DNA from: Bacteroidota bacterium
GTDB lineage: Bacteria; Bacteroidota; Bacteroidia; Chitinophagales; Chitinophagaceae
Direction: 5' to 3'
Assembly: GCA_029555415.1 (NCBI GenBank)
Contig: JAKPSI010000067.1
Span: forward strand, 18,515-82,514
Length of the DNA: 64,000 nucleotides
Shown: positions 1 to 9,466 of the stretch, one piece after another
Layout of the letters: each line of letters opens with the position of its first letter
How positions within the stretch are numbered: the first letter of the stretch is position 1
Program-made: the position numbers and the translations under genes
The notes under the pieces: generated by a model
Told to the model about the DNA's origin: nothing
What the model saw: the letters and a program-made list of their open reading frames with translations, nothing else
Database searches by the model: none

Positions 1-1991
1 ATACGATCTCCGTGTCTCCTGCTGAAGAGATCAAAGTTGTACTTGCATCCGGACATTCCTTACAGGAAGTCAAAGTGAGTGCGGTACGCCGCAGTTCTTA
101 TCTCTCCCCACTGTCTCCCTTAATGACCACTGTGATGAGCGAACGGGAACTGTTCAAAGCGGCATGTTGTAACCTCAGTGAAAGTTTCGAGACCAATCCA
201 TCAGTCGATGTGGCGTATAATGATGCCGTCACAGGATCGCGTCAGATCCAGTTACTGGGACTGGCCGGCGTCTATTCGCAACTGACCCTGGAAAGTTTGC
301 CGGGGCCTCGTGGGCTGGCCGCTGCATATGGTATCAATTATATTCCCGGGCCCTGGATCGAATCGATCCAGTTGACAAGGGGTACGGGCTCTGTCGTGAA
401 CGGATATGAAAGCATCGCAGGTCAGATCAATGTGGAAATGAAGAAGCCGGAATCGGCTGAAAGATTCTATCTGAATGGCTATATCAACAGCATGGGCAAG
501 ACCGACCTGAACCTGGTGCTGAGTCAGAAACTCGGTAAGAAATGGTCCACCGCTTTATTGCTGCATGATGATTTCCTGCAAAACAAAACAGCGGATATGA
601 ATCATGATGGTTTCCGCGATCTGCCCACCGGTAATCAGTTCAGTGTTTTCAACCGCTGGAAGTATGATAACGCGAACGGATTGTTATTCCAGGCCGGTTT
701 CAAATACATGAAAGAGGACCGGACAGGAGGGGAAACCGCTTTCGATCCTTCCGTGGATAAGTTCAGTATGAATCACTACGGACTGGGGATACAGACCACG
801 CGTACGGAAGCATTCAGTAAACTGGGATATGTGTTTCCCCAGAAGAAATACAAAAGTATCGGCTTGCAGTTATCCGGTTTCCGGCACGATCAGCATGCTT
901 ATTACGGGATGATGATCTATAATGCGTTGCAGGATAATTTCTATGCGAACCTGATCTATCAGTCCATCATCGGTACCACCAAACATAAATTCAGGACCGG
1001 CCTGAGCATGAATGCGGATAAATTCCGTGAATTGTACCGCAGTGTCCGTTTCGACCGCAATGAAACGACACCAGGCGTATTCTTTGAATACACATTCAGT
1101 CCCGATGATAAATTCAGCGCTGTAGCGGGTCTCCGCGCGGATCATAACAGTATCTACGGAACATTCATCACTCCTCGGCTGCATATCCGCTATGCCCCCG
1201 TGAAAGGAACGACATTCCGGTTCAGTGGTGGACGCGGACAACGCACCGCGAATATCCTGGCTGATAACGCCGGATTATTGGCCAGTTCCCGCATAATCAT
1301 GATCATGGGTGGACAAAGTGGGAAGGCCTACGGACTGGATCAGGAAGTGGCCTGGAATGAGGGCGTGAGTCTGGAACAGAAATTCAGGTTATTCAACCGC
1401 AGCGCTTCGCTGGTGATGGATTTCTTCCGGACGGATTTCACAAAACAAGTGGTGACAGATCTGGAAGATCCGTCCTTCTTCATGTTCTATAACCTGAACG
1501 GTAAGTCCTTCTCCAACAGTTTCCAGGCGGAACTGGAAATGGAGCCGGTGCATAAACTGGAAGTGAGACTGGCATACCGTTTATTCGATGTAAAGAGCAC
1601 CTACAATCAGGTGCTGATGTCCCGTCCGCTGGTGTCGCGCAACCGCGCGTTCATGAACCTGGCTTATGATCTCAAAGGCTGGAAATTCGATTATACGATC
1701 AACGTGAACGGAAAGAAACGTTTACCGCCTACCGTTATCAACCCAACGGCTTACCATCGTGACAATGAATCACCTGCTTTTGTACAGATGAACGCACAGT
1801 TGAGTAAGACGGTCGGTAAGAAACATCCGGTCGATCTTTACATCGGTGGAGAGAACCTGACCAATTTCATGCAGGAGAACGCGATCGTTGCGGCCGATCA
1901 TCCATTCGGCCCTTATTTCGATGCATCCATGGTTTGGGGACCTGTCACCGGACGACAACTCTATGCCGGATTCCGGTACAAGATCAAATGA
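1..1991 (+). CDS. TonB-dependent outer-membrane receptor (N-terminus upstream of window)
   Basis: ORF open to the window edge. Plug-like segment (LLGLAGVYSQLTLESLPGPRGL..GTGSVVNGYESIAGQINVEMKKP) is followed by ~550 aa of beta-barrel-like sequence rich in G/N/Y/F/R. An intrinsic terminator follows. Confidence 0.65.
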   Translation, partial: TISVSPAEEIKVVLASGHSLQEVKVSAVRRSSYLSPLSPLMTTVMSERELFKAACCNLSESFETNPSVDVAYNDAVTGSRQIQLLGLAGVYSQLTLESLPGPRGLAAAYGINYIPGPWIESIQLTRGTGSVVNGYESIAGQINVEMKKPESAERFYLNGYINSMGKTDLNLVLSQKLGKKWSTALLLHDDFLQNKTADMNHDGFRDLPTGNQFSVFNRWKYDNANGLLFQAGFKYMKEDRTGGETAFDPSVDKFSMNHYGLGIQTTRTEAFSKLGYVFPQKKYKSIGLQLSGFRHDQHAYYGMMIYNALQDNFYANLIYQSIIGTTKHKFRTGLSMNADKFRELYRSVRFDRNETTPGVFFEYTFSPDDKFSAVAGLRADHNSIYGTFITPRLHIRYAPVKGTTFRFSGGRGQRTANILADNAGLLASSRIIMIMGGQSGKAYGLDQEVAWNEGVSLEQKFRLFNRSASLVMDFFRTDFTKQVVTDLEDPSFFMFYNLNGKSFSNSFQAELEMEPVHKLEVRLAYRLFDVKSTYNQVLMSRPLVSRNRAFMNLAYDLKGWKFDYTINVNGKKRLPPTVINPTAYHRDNESPAFVQMNAQLSKTVGKKHPVDLYIGGENLTNFMQENAIVAADHPFGPYFDASMVWGPVTGRQLYAGFRYKIK

Positions 1992-2000
1992 TAAAAAGTA

Positions 2001-2030
2001 AAACCCCGGTCGATGCCGGGGTTTTCTTTT
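2001..2030. terminator. Bidirectional rho-independent terminator
   Basis: aaaccccgg-tcgatg-ccggggttt hairpin flanked by A-run and T-run. It sits between the convergent 3' ends of the TBDR (+) and the MetA-OMP (-). Confidence 0.7.
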
Positions 2031-2041
2031 AGGATGTTTTT

Positions 2042-2806
2042 TTATTTTCCGATCCTTCTGCCGATATAAGACTTGAAGATGAAATGATCCGTTGCCGGCG
2101 TCAATCCCCAGCCCGGTCCGAAATTGAATTCCCATTTAGGGTTCACATACAGGTCCGTTACGAAGAATAACGCGTGTTCCTGTCCTTTCCAGCCGGGTAT
2201 CTGATTGAGTTGACCGAGACTGCCATAATATTCAACGCCCAATGTTGCTTTTGGAATGCTGAACGCCAGTTTGAATGCAGGTTCGAAAGCGGGGGTATGA
2301 TCGGAACTCACGCCTTTGAGGCCGATGCCCAGTACGGGATTGAAGGAGAAATATACCTTATTGAATTGCTTATCGAAGATGGGACGCAGTTCCACACTCC
2401 ATGTATCAGCGGAGTAGTTCTTGCCCTGATAGCCGACTTCGGCGGAAAGGCTGGCGCCGAAAGGCCATTTCCATTTTAAAGGAACACGTACACGCGGGCG
2501 GATATGTACTCCGACTAACTGATAACCATATGTCTTTGTATAATTGCTGAAGAGATAGAATCCCATTTCAAAACTATCCGTGAATCCATGTGTGATCTCC
2601 AGTGTTTCATGCAGTGCATGATAACTGGGCCGTACGCCTTCCTTCACCAGTTTTTCTCCATTGAAAGTGTAATTGCTGTGCAACTCGAAAATGGTCGTGT
2701 GTTTATCGAGAGTAGGAGAAGCATATACCTGGATCTCATAATTGTCCTGCGCCATCAAAGGGCTTATGCTGATGAATAAGCATATAGCTAACAGCGAATG
2801 TTTCAT
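2042..2806 (-). CDS. MetA-pathway/'transporter' family outer-membrane beta-barrel channel (PF13557-like), paralog 2
   Basis: The six-frame ORF 2042..3187 is trimmed to the internal Met (MKHSLLAICLFISISPLMAQ, signal peptide). This gives 254 aa, the same length as the upstream paralog. The alternating beta-strand pattern and aromatic-rich C-terminus match that paralog. Confidence 0.6.
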   Translation of the reverse strand: MKHSLLAICLFISISPLMAQDNYEIQVYASPTLDKHTTIFELHSNYTFNGEKLVKEGVRPSYHALHETLEITHGFTDSFEMGFYLFSNYTKTYGYQLVGVHIRPRVRVPLKWKWPFGASLSAEVGYQGKNYSADTWSVELRPIFDKQFNKVYFSFNPVLGIGLKGVSSDHTPAFEPAFKLAFSIPKATLGVEYYGSLGQLNQIPGWKGQEHALFFVTDLYVNPKWEFNFGPGWGLTPATDHFIFKSYIGRRIGK

Positions 2807-2819
2807 GTTTTGTTTCTGT

Positions 2820-3584
2820 TTATTCTGTTCGTGTATGTACCCTGAATGAAAAGCCCAGTGCAAAATAACTCTTTGGTGCTTCGGAGCTGATGCCTTTGCC
2901 GGCAGATATATCCACTTTGACGTCTTTGCTGATATAATAAGCCAAACCGGCATCCAGGCTGTGTTCCGGCCGGTGGCCATTACTGATCGAGCCGAAAGCT
3001 TCCAGATAGAAATACCATTTCTCACCGAGGTCGAACCCTTGTGCAATGGTATAGATCCATTGCGGGTGCCTTTTAAAACGATCCCATGTCGCGCCCAGGT
3101 TGACGCCCAATGCGCTTTTTTCGCCGGTCGTGTGCTGCAAGCAAAAACGGAACGAAGGCGACATGATACTGTCCTTGTAAACGCCACTGGAGAGAAAAGG
3201 AACGGTGGTATGCATGATCAGGGAGACCTTTGGCCGCCAGCCCTTTTCTTCACACAAGGCGGCTTTGAAACCGATCTCAACGGGTTCCAGTCCGCGTGAC
3301 CATTGGGGTTCCGGGATCACATGCTCATATTGACTGCTGATGGTAGTTTCCAGCCGTAATTCCATTTTTTTGAATCCGTATTTGAAAAGCGCGGTGGGGT
3401 GAACGAGCGAGTAGTCTTTTCCGATCGTATTTTCTTTGTTGAATCCGAATTCCGCCTGAAAATAACCACGCGGAACGGTGAATGCAGATTCCGTCTGGTC
3501 AGGCCGGTCGGTATCGATCTTTTCCTGTGCTGTACAGCTCAGGGATATGAAGAGGGATGTTATAAATATGAAACGGGTCCTCAT
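2820..3584 (-). CDS. MetA-pathway/'transporter' family outer-membrane beta-barrel channel, paralog 1
   Basis: Signal peptide, then 'DTDRPDQTESAFTVPRGYFQAEFG', which is the hallmark N-terminal motif of the family. 254 aa. The start ATG overlaps the cupin stop (ATGA). Confidence 0.65.
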   Translation of the reverse strand: MRTRFIFITSLFISLSCTAQEKIDTDRPDQTESAFTVPRGYFQAEFGFNKENTIGKDYSLVHPTALFKYGFKKMELRLETTISSQYEHVIPEPQWSRGLEPVEIGFKAALCEEKGWRPKVSLIMHTTVPFLSSGVYKDSIMSPSFRFCLQHTTGEKSALGVNLGATWDRFKRHPQWIYTIAQGFDLGEKWYFYLEAFGSISNGHRPEHSLDAGLAYYISKDVKVDISAGKGISSEAPKSYFALGFSFRVHTRTE

Positions 3585-3898
3585 TGTTTATAATCTTCAC
3601 GAACCGGCGCAAATACATCGATGAGCGTACAATCCACCGGAGCGATGGCTGAATGCAATACATTGGAAGGGATCACCTGCACCATGCCGGGTGTAAGGAT
3701 GCACCGTTCACCGCCGATCGTCATGTCCAGTTGTCCGGTCAGCATGTACGTGATCTGTTCCTGCGGATGGCTGTGCTCCGGCAGATGGCTGCCGGCTTTG
3801 ATCTCCACTAGTCCAAATGTCATATTCGTCCCGTGTTCATAATATCCGGTGATGCCGGCGATGAGGTCTTTGGCTTTGATATCCCTGATAGGTCTCAT
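3581..3898 (-). CDS. Cupin-domain protein (small single-domain cupin)
   Basis: Cupin motifs 'G..H.H...E' are visible (HLPEHSHPQEQITYMLTGQLDM..GG). Start chosen at MRPIRD, 4 bp after the stop of the upstream gene. The longer ORF version would overlap that gene by 62 bp. Confidence 0.6.
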   Translation of the reverse strand: MRPIRDIKAKDLIAGITGYYEHGTNMTFGLVEIKAGSHLPEHSHPQEQITYMLTGQLDMTIGGERCILTPGMVQVIPSNVLHSAIAPVDCTLIDVFAPVREDYKQ

Positions 3899-3902
3899 GA
3901 TC

Positions 3903-5099
3903 TTATTTTTCAAAATAACAGAAGGTGCCGCCCACCCATTCTTTGTCCTTGTTGTAGCGCACACCGATCATCTTGCCTTTACTCAAGCGGCCGAGATTAT
4001 TGGTGGGAACCGGCCGTGCTTCACCGTCCTTCCAGAAATAGAAGATCCGGATCTCCGCCTTGGCAGGCACATCGGGTGTTTCAATGATATCGGCATATTT
4101 CACTTTCCGTTGCAGGATCCAGTTCTCCGGGTCTTTTACTTTTTCGATATCAGCGGAGGTCACATCGATCACCACACCTTGTCCCGCGAAGGAGAACAAA
4201 GGTTTCAGCACATAATTCTCCAGGTCCGAAGGTATTTGCTTCACTTCATTCAGGAAGTAGGTTGCAGGTACATAGGGATGATGCAGGAAGGGCAGTGTGA
4301 ATTTGCTGATGCGGTAGAACCAGGCAGGGTGGGGTGCCCATTCCACATCAAGTGGTTGCAACAAGATCTTTCCCTGTTCCTGCACTTCTGCGGGTTGCTG
4401 CTCCAGATCATCAAAGATGATGCGGTTGTAGATCCGTTTGATGCGGGTCTTCACACCATCCCGCATATAATATAATCGATCTCCTTCCGCGATCAGTTCG
4501 GTCAGGCAGACCATACGGATACCGGTATAAGCTTCCGTGCAATAGAAGTCGATCCTTGTTTTTTGTTTTTTGGGGTAGATCTCCAGCAGGATCACTTCTG
4601 CGGGTTCATGTTCACCTACAATGATCTCTTTCAGGAGTTGGAGGTATGAGGCTTCATTATGTCCGCCCAGATAGCAGCTGAAATTTTCAGGCACCGGAAA
4701 ATGTCTGCGGAACACCTGATCCAGCAATACTTCCCACGCGAATAAAGTAGGGAATCCCTGCATCTCGATCAGCTGGGGTTCATATTCACCATCTTCATTG
4801 ATGCAGATACCGAAATCAAAAGCGATGAATTGAGTATGTGCGTTCTCACCGGGTACCTGCCACTGTTGTGGGATGGCGCGATCGGTCTGTTCTTTGAATT
4901 TCGGATCTGTGATCACATCCACGATATGCTCGCAGGCCGCGATCATTTTTTGTGTGAAATCCTTCGGAACGAACACCGGCGTTTCAGCCACACGGAATTC
5001 GATCTGTCCCGGGAAAGCGCTTTCAAGGTCCTTGAGGAAGGCCTGATACGTTTCCTGCGTAAATGCGGCATTAAAGGCTTTGCGGATAGCCGGGATCAT
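3903..5099 (-). CDS. Glutathionylspermidine-synthase-like preATP-grasp ligase (YgiC/YjfC-type)
   Basis: 398 aa. The C-terminal 'YVLKPLFSFAGQGVVIDV', 'FYFWKDGE' and 'HPYVPATYF' resemble E. coli YgiC as I recall it ('YVVKPIFSREGANVSIIE', 'HPNLLPAYF'). The length matches YgiC at about 386 aa. The resemblance is from memory, not a search. Confidence 0.5.
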   Translation of the reverse strand: MIPAIRKAFNAAFTQETYQAFLKDLESAFPGQIEFRVAETPVFVPKDFTQKMIAACEHIVDVITDPKFKEQTDRAIPQQWQVPGENAHTQFIAFDFGICINEDGEYEPQLIEMQGFPTLFAWEVLLDQVFRRHFPVPENFSCYLGGHNEASYLQLLKEIIVGEHEPAEVILLEIYPKKQKTRIDFYCTEAYTGIRMVCLTELIAEGDRLYYMRDGVKTRIKRIYNRIIFDDLEQQPAEVQEQGKILLQPLDVEWAPHPAWFYRISKFTLPFLHHPYVPATYFLNEVKQIPSDLENYVLKPLFSFAGQGVVIDVTSADIEKVKDPENWILQRKVKYADIIETPDVPAKAEIRIFYFWKDGEARPVPTNNLGRLSKGKMIGVRYNKDKEWVGGTFCYFEK

Positions 5100-5154
5100 G
5101 GCTTTGATGTTTTACGGAAAGTTAAGGATTGCGGTACGTGCTGCCAAAACAGCG

Positions 5155-6000
5155 TCAGGCAGGCTGGCAATGCAATTGTTCAATGGCCTGATTCAGGAAA
5201 TTGGGCAGGATGTGGGCATGGGTCCAGCGGATCTTATCCGGGTCATCCAGATGCTCCAGCATGCTTTCCAGTTTTTCAGCGCCATGGCTTTCGATCACGG
5301 TCTTTCTTTTTTCATCCGTCTTCAGGTACATGCTCATGCCCGGTGCATCCGCTTCCGGATGGAACTGGGTGCCGATCATACAATCACTGAAACGGATCCC
5401 CATGATCGCTCTTTCATAAGGCACATGCGGTCTGCTTTTCTCAATACAGAGGATACGTGCGCCCATGTCCTGCAATAATTCATGATGAGGCTGAATGACC
5501 TGGTAGTCGCGACTGTCCACCGCGTAAAAAGGGTCACGTAAGCCGGAGAATACGGTTTCTTCTTTTCCGCCATCCAGCATGTGAACCGGGAAAACACCGA
5601 ATGCGGTGGAACGGCGTTTGCAAACCAACCCGGCGTTGAAATAACGGCAGGCCAGCTGAAAGGAATGACAAATGAAGAAGATGTATTTTTTCTGCAGTCG
5701 CGAAGGATTGTTGTTCCATCTTTCCATTTCATCCAGCCAGTTGCACCAGGCGATATCCCAGTCGTCAAAACGCGTGGACAACGGATCGCCGGGACCTCCG
5801 CTAGAGATATAGATATCGTAACTGTTGTCGGGTAATTCTTTTTTAAGACGAACGTCGAATTCGTCCGTATGCAGGGAGAGCTGATGTGTCGCACTCCATT
5901 CCGCGAGTATCTCACGGATACAACGCATACCCTGGTTGGCGGCGCCTTCATAGAGGTCAAGGATGGCTACACGGACAGATCGGTTTTCGTTCCAGCTCAT
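5155..6000 (-). CDS. Class-I glutamine-amidotransferase-fold (GATase1 / peptidase C26-like) protein
   Basis: 'VRVAILDLYEG..' N-terminus, a candidate nucleophile elbow 'FFICHSFQLA' (G-x-C-x-G-x-Q-like), and a downstream His/Glu region. Confidence 0.55.
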   Translation of the reverse strand: MSWNENRSVRVAILDLYEGAANQGMRCIREILAEWSATHQLSLHTDEFDVRLKKELPDNSYDIYISSGGPGDPLSTRFDDWDIAWCNWLDEMERWNNNPSRLQKKYIFFICHSFQLACRYFNAGLVCKRRSTAFGVFPVHMLDGGKEETVFSGLRDPFYAVDSRDYQVIQPHHELLQDMGARILCIEKSRPHVPYERAIMGIRFSDCMIGTQFHPEADAPGMSMYLKTDEKRKTVIESHGAEKLESMLEHLDDPDKIRWTHAHILPNFLNQAIEQLHCQPA

Positions 6001-6113
6001 GATGCGGCAAACTTACTGCTTTTTAAACGTTTAAGCAGGCGATACCCGTATCAGAATTACCCACAAATGTGGATTTATTGCGATGTATTAAGGGTATTTG
6101 ATTACCGTTAAGT

Positions 6114-7754
6114 TTATTTTTTTTCGTAAACCTTTTTTCCGCCGAGCCAGGTCTGCAAGACAATCGTTTGCAATAATTCTTTTTCATTCGTCTTCATCAG
6201 GTCCTGATCCAGGATCACGAAATCAGCGTACTTCCCTTTTTCCAGACTTCCTTTTTCTTTTTCCTCAAAATTCGCACGGGCTGCCCAGATGGTCATGCCA
6301 CGTAAAGTTTCTTCGCGGCTCAGTGCATTCTCTTTCTGAAATCCGTTCTCCGGCCATCCTTTGCCGTCTTTTCTGGCCACTGCTGCATAGAATGTTTTGA
6401 ATGTGGAAACGTTCTCGACCGGGAAATCAGTTCCCAGAGGTATCCATCCGTTCTGATCATTCAATTGTTTGTACGCATAAGCACCTTTCACTCTTTCACC
6501 ACCCAAGCGATCCGCTGCCCAGTACATATCACTGGTGGCATGTGTCGGTTGTACGGAAGGAATGATGCTGTTATCACCGAACAAATGAAAATCGGCCGGG
6601 CTCACCACCTGCGCATGTTCCACGCGCCAGCGGAGGTCATTCTTTCCTTTCAGGTATTTGGCATACACATTCAGGGTCTCACGGTTGCCACTGTCGCCGA
6701 TCGCGTGTGTACACATCTGCCATCCCATGTCTTTGATCATGGATGCAACGGAATCAAAATGCGCGGGTTGACTCAGCAGGAATCCCGACCAGCCGGGTTT
6801 ATCACTGTAAGGTTGCAGCAAACAGGCGCCGCGTGAACCTAAAGCGCCATCCGCATATACTTTGAAGGAAGAGACGGTCAGATGTTCTGTTTTGATCTTA
6901 CCATTCTGTTTCGCCCAAATGAAATTCTGCGGATTGTCACTGAGCATCGCGTAAATACGCATGTTGAGTTCGCCTTTTTTCTGCAGACTGTCAATGGAAC
7001 GAATAGAAGCTGCATCCAGACCGCAATCGTCCACCGTAGTAAGTCCGTAACTGAAGCAATCCAGTTCCGCATCACTCAGTGCTTCCGTCACCGACACAGC
7101 GCTGGGAGCGGGGATGAATGAACTGACCAGGTCCACTGCATTATCAACAAGCAAGCCAGTGAGCTTACCATTCTTTGTCACTACATCACCACCGGTCAGG
7201 GTTTGTCCTGCTTTTACACCTGCGATCTCCAACGCTTTCGCATTAGCAATAGCGGCATGTCCGTCTATCCTTGTTAACAGCACCGGTCTGTCCGGATACA
7301 TTTCATTGAGTTTGCTGTTGTCCGGGAAATTCTTGTCTGCCCAGTCATTCTGATCCCAACCGCGGCCGATCAGCCATTCACCCGGGGTCATGGATTTACC
7401 GAAATCGGCACAAAAATGAATGATATCATCCCAGGAAGTCGTTCCTTCCAGATCCAGTTTTTGTTTGCCCAGACCATATGCCAGAAAATGTGCGTGCGCG
7501 TCGATGAAACCGGGATAGATGAATTTACCCTGTGCATCCAGCGTGTCCTTGGCCTGATAGGCGGCTTCCAGTTCACTGCGTTTACCGGTGGCCAGGATCT
7601 TGCCATCCGCGATCACCATGGCTTCAGCGGTACTGAAGGTGGAATCAACGGTATAGATCGTTGCATTGAATACAAGCAGATCGGCAGCCTGTTTCGACTT
7701 GCAGGCAAAGAGTACGATCGCGATCAGCAGGAGTGTGGGATATCTTTTCATCAT
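6114..7754 (-). CDS. Amidohydrolase-family metallo-hydrolase (Amidohydro_3-like), lipoprotein
   Basis: Lipobox LFAC, 'YPGFIDAHAHF' metal-binding HxH motif, 546 aa. Its stop overlaps the start of the upstream amidase by 4 bp. Confidence 0.75.
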   Translation of the reverse strand: MMKRYPTLLLIAIVLFACKSKQAADLLVFNATIYTVDSTFSTAEAMVIADGKILATGKRSELEAAYQAKDTLDAQGKFIYPGFIDAHAHFLAYGLGKQKLDLEGTTSWDDIIHFCADFGKSMTPGEWLIGRGWDQNDWADKNFPDNSKLNEMYPDRPVLLTRIDGHAAIANAKALEIAGVKAGQTLTGGDVVTKNGKLTGLLVDNAVDLVSSFIPAPSAVSVTEALSDAELDCFSYGLTTVDDCGLDAASIRSIDSLQKKGELNMRIYAMLSDNPQNFIWAKQNGKIKTEHLTVSSFKVYADGALGSRGACLLQPYSDKPGWSGFLLSQPAHFDSVASMIKDMGWQMCTHAIGDSGNRETLNVYAKYLKGKNDLRWRVEHAQVVSPADFHLFGDNSIIPSVQPTHATSDMYWAADRLGGERVKGAYAYKQLNDQNGWIPLGTDFPVENVSTFKTFYAAVARKDGKGWPENGFQKENALSREETLRGMTIWAARANFEEKEKGSLEKGKYADFVILDQDLMKTNEKELLQTIVLQTWLGGKKVYEKK

Positions 7755-9433
7755 TGTTTGAATTTTTCAGGGTGCAATTTGTTGAATTCAGTTTTGTCCT
7801 GATAGGCTTTTGCGGCCGCTAAGATAGTGGCTTCATCATATAATTGGCCGATCAGTGTGATACTGAGCGGGGACCCGCTTTTATTGAATCCGATCGGCAT
7901 ACATACCACCGGATTGCCGGTAAGATTGGTCATGGATAACTGCCTGCCCATGAATGTGGGCACGATCAGTACATCATAGGGCTTCATGAATTCATAGAAT
8001 TTTTTGCAGAGCTCATAGCGGTAACGGTTGGCATTGATGTATTCCGCTGCGGGAATGAGACGTGCCGAACGGAATGTATTGGGCCAGAAATTCTTATCCT
8101 GACGCTCCACCAGATCATCCCGGTTCGTCCTTGTCAATTCATCAAAAACGGCAGCGCATTCTGCATTCAGGATGATATTGACCAGATTCACGGGATACAT
8201 GGAGGAGTCCGGCAATTCGATCGCTTGCACATTAGCACCCAGCGCGCGGTATTGATCCAGTACTTTCCATTCAGGCGCATCGGCGGCTAGTCTCTTGAAA
8301 TAGTTGGCTGCATAGGCGATCCGGATCTTCTTCCAGTCCGATTTGCCGGTATAGTTGAAAGCATGATCCACGGAACCTGCATCCAGTCCGTCCGTTCCTT
8401 TGATCGCGGCATAAACGAACGCGGCGTCTTCCGCACTGCGGCAGATGGGGCCTGCTTTATCCAGACTCCAGCATAATACCATAGCGCCGGAGCGGGAAAC
8501 GGTCCCGAAGGTGGGTCTTAAACCTGTTGCTCCGCACCGGGTGGAAGGGGATACGATCGAACCCAGCGTTTCGGTGCCGATGGCAAAGGGCAGTAAGCCA
8601 GCTGCGGTAGCGGCCGCGGAACCGGCGGATGATCCGCTGGAGCCCTGTTGCAGATTCCAGGGGTTCTTTGTTTCTCCGCCGAACCATTTATTGTTATTCG
8701 CCAGCGCGCCCATGGATAATTTTGCACAGAGCACCGCACCGGCTTTTTTCAGTTGCGTATACACATATGCATCCTGATCGATCATCTGGTCCTTATAAGG
8801 TGCCGAACCCCAGGTGGTCTTGTATCCTTTTACAGCGAACAGATCCTTCAATCCGTATGGTATGCCATGCAAAGGCCCATGCCAGATCCCTTTCTTCAGA
8901 TCGGCATCCGCCTGCATGGCCTGTTGCAATGCGAGGTCTTCCGTCAGCGTAATGACGCATTGTAAAGTGTCTCCCCATTTTTTCAAGCGGCTCAGAAAGA
9001 ATTTGGTCAGTTCTACGGAACTGATCTTTTTATGATAGATGAGGGACGCTAATTTCGGGATCGGCCAGAATGCGAGCTCCTCGCGGTTCTGCGGAAGATT
9101 CACATTGTCCGGGTTGTTCCACCTGATCTGAGCTTGTTTGGTCGGGACCGGTACTCCATAAGGCGCGGGCTGGAATGCGAAAGGGAAGGGGATGCTGTTC
9201 TCCGGCAAGCGTTCATGCATGCCTTTGTATAACTGCAGGTCATACCGCAATACATCCAGCAGCGAATCCGCTTCAGATTCCGTATAATCCAGATCGTAGA
9301 GTTTCACGAATTCACGCACCTGTTTAATGCTGTCTGAATGAGTTTGTGCATGGGAGGAAGTTAAGATCAGGGAAGCCGTGACGGCCAGCAAGTATCTCAT
9401 AAGCTTTTGTTTCAGTGTCTGTAATTTCGGCAA
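7751..9433 (-). CDS. Amidase-signature (AS) family amidase, secreted
   Basis: Signal peptide, then the Gly/Ser-rich AS signature 'GSSGSSAGSAAATAAG..GTETLGSIVSPS'. Confidence 0.75.
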   Translation of the reverse strand: MPKLQTLKQKLMRYLLAVTASLILTSSHAQTHSDSIKQVREFVKLYDLDYTESEADSLLDVLRYDLQLYKGMHERLPENSIPFPFAFQPAPYGVPVPTKQAQIRWNNPDNVNLPQNREELAFWPIPKLASLIYHKKISSVELTKFFLSRLKKWGDTLQCVITLTEDLALQQAMQADADLKKGIWHGPLHGIPYGLKDLFAVKGYKTTWGSAPYKDQMIDQDAYVYTQLKKAGAVLCAKLSMGALANNNKWFGGETKNPWNLQQGSSGSSAGSAAATAAGLLPFAIGTETLGSIVSPSTRCGATGLRPTFGTVSRSGAMVLCWSLDKAGPICRSAEDAAFVYAAIKGTDGLDAGSVDHAFNYTGKSDWKKIRIAYAANYFKRLAADAPEWKVLDQYRALGANVQAIELPDSSMYPVNLVNIILNAECAAVFDELTRTNRDDLVERQDKNFWPNTFRSARLIPAAEYINANRYRYELCKKFYEFMKPYDVLIVPTFMGRQLSMTNLTGNPVVCMPIGFNKSGSPLSITLIGQLYDEATILAAAKAYQDKTEFNKLHPEKFKQ

Positions 9434-9466
9434 TATTTAATTAACTTTTCTCCCAAATACCTGCTT

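Noticed and set aside
2807-3187. N-terminal 127-aa extension of ORF 2042..3187
   Set aside because: It overlaps the upstream paralog's coding region. The internal Met gives a signal peptide and a length identical to the paralog.
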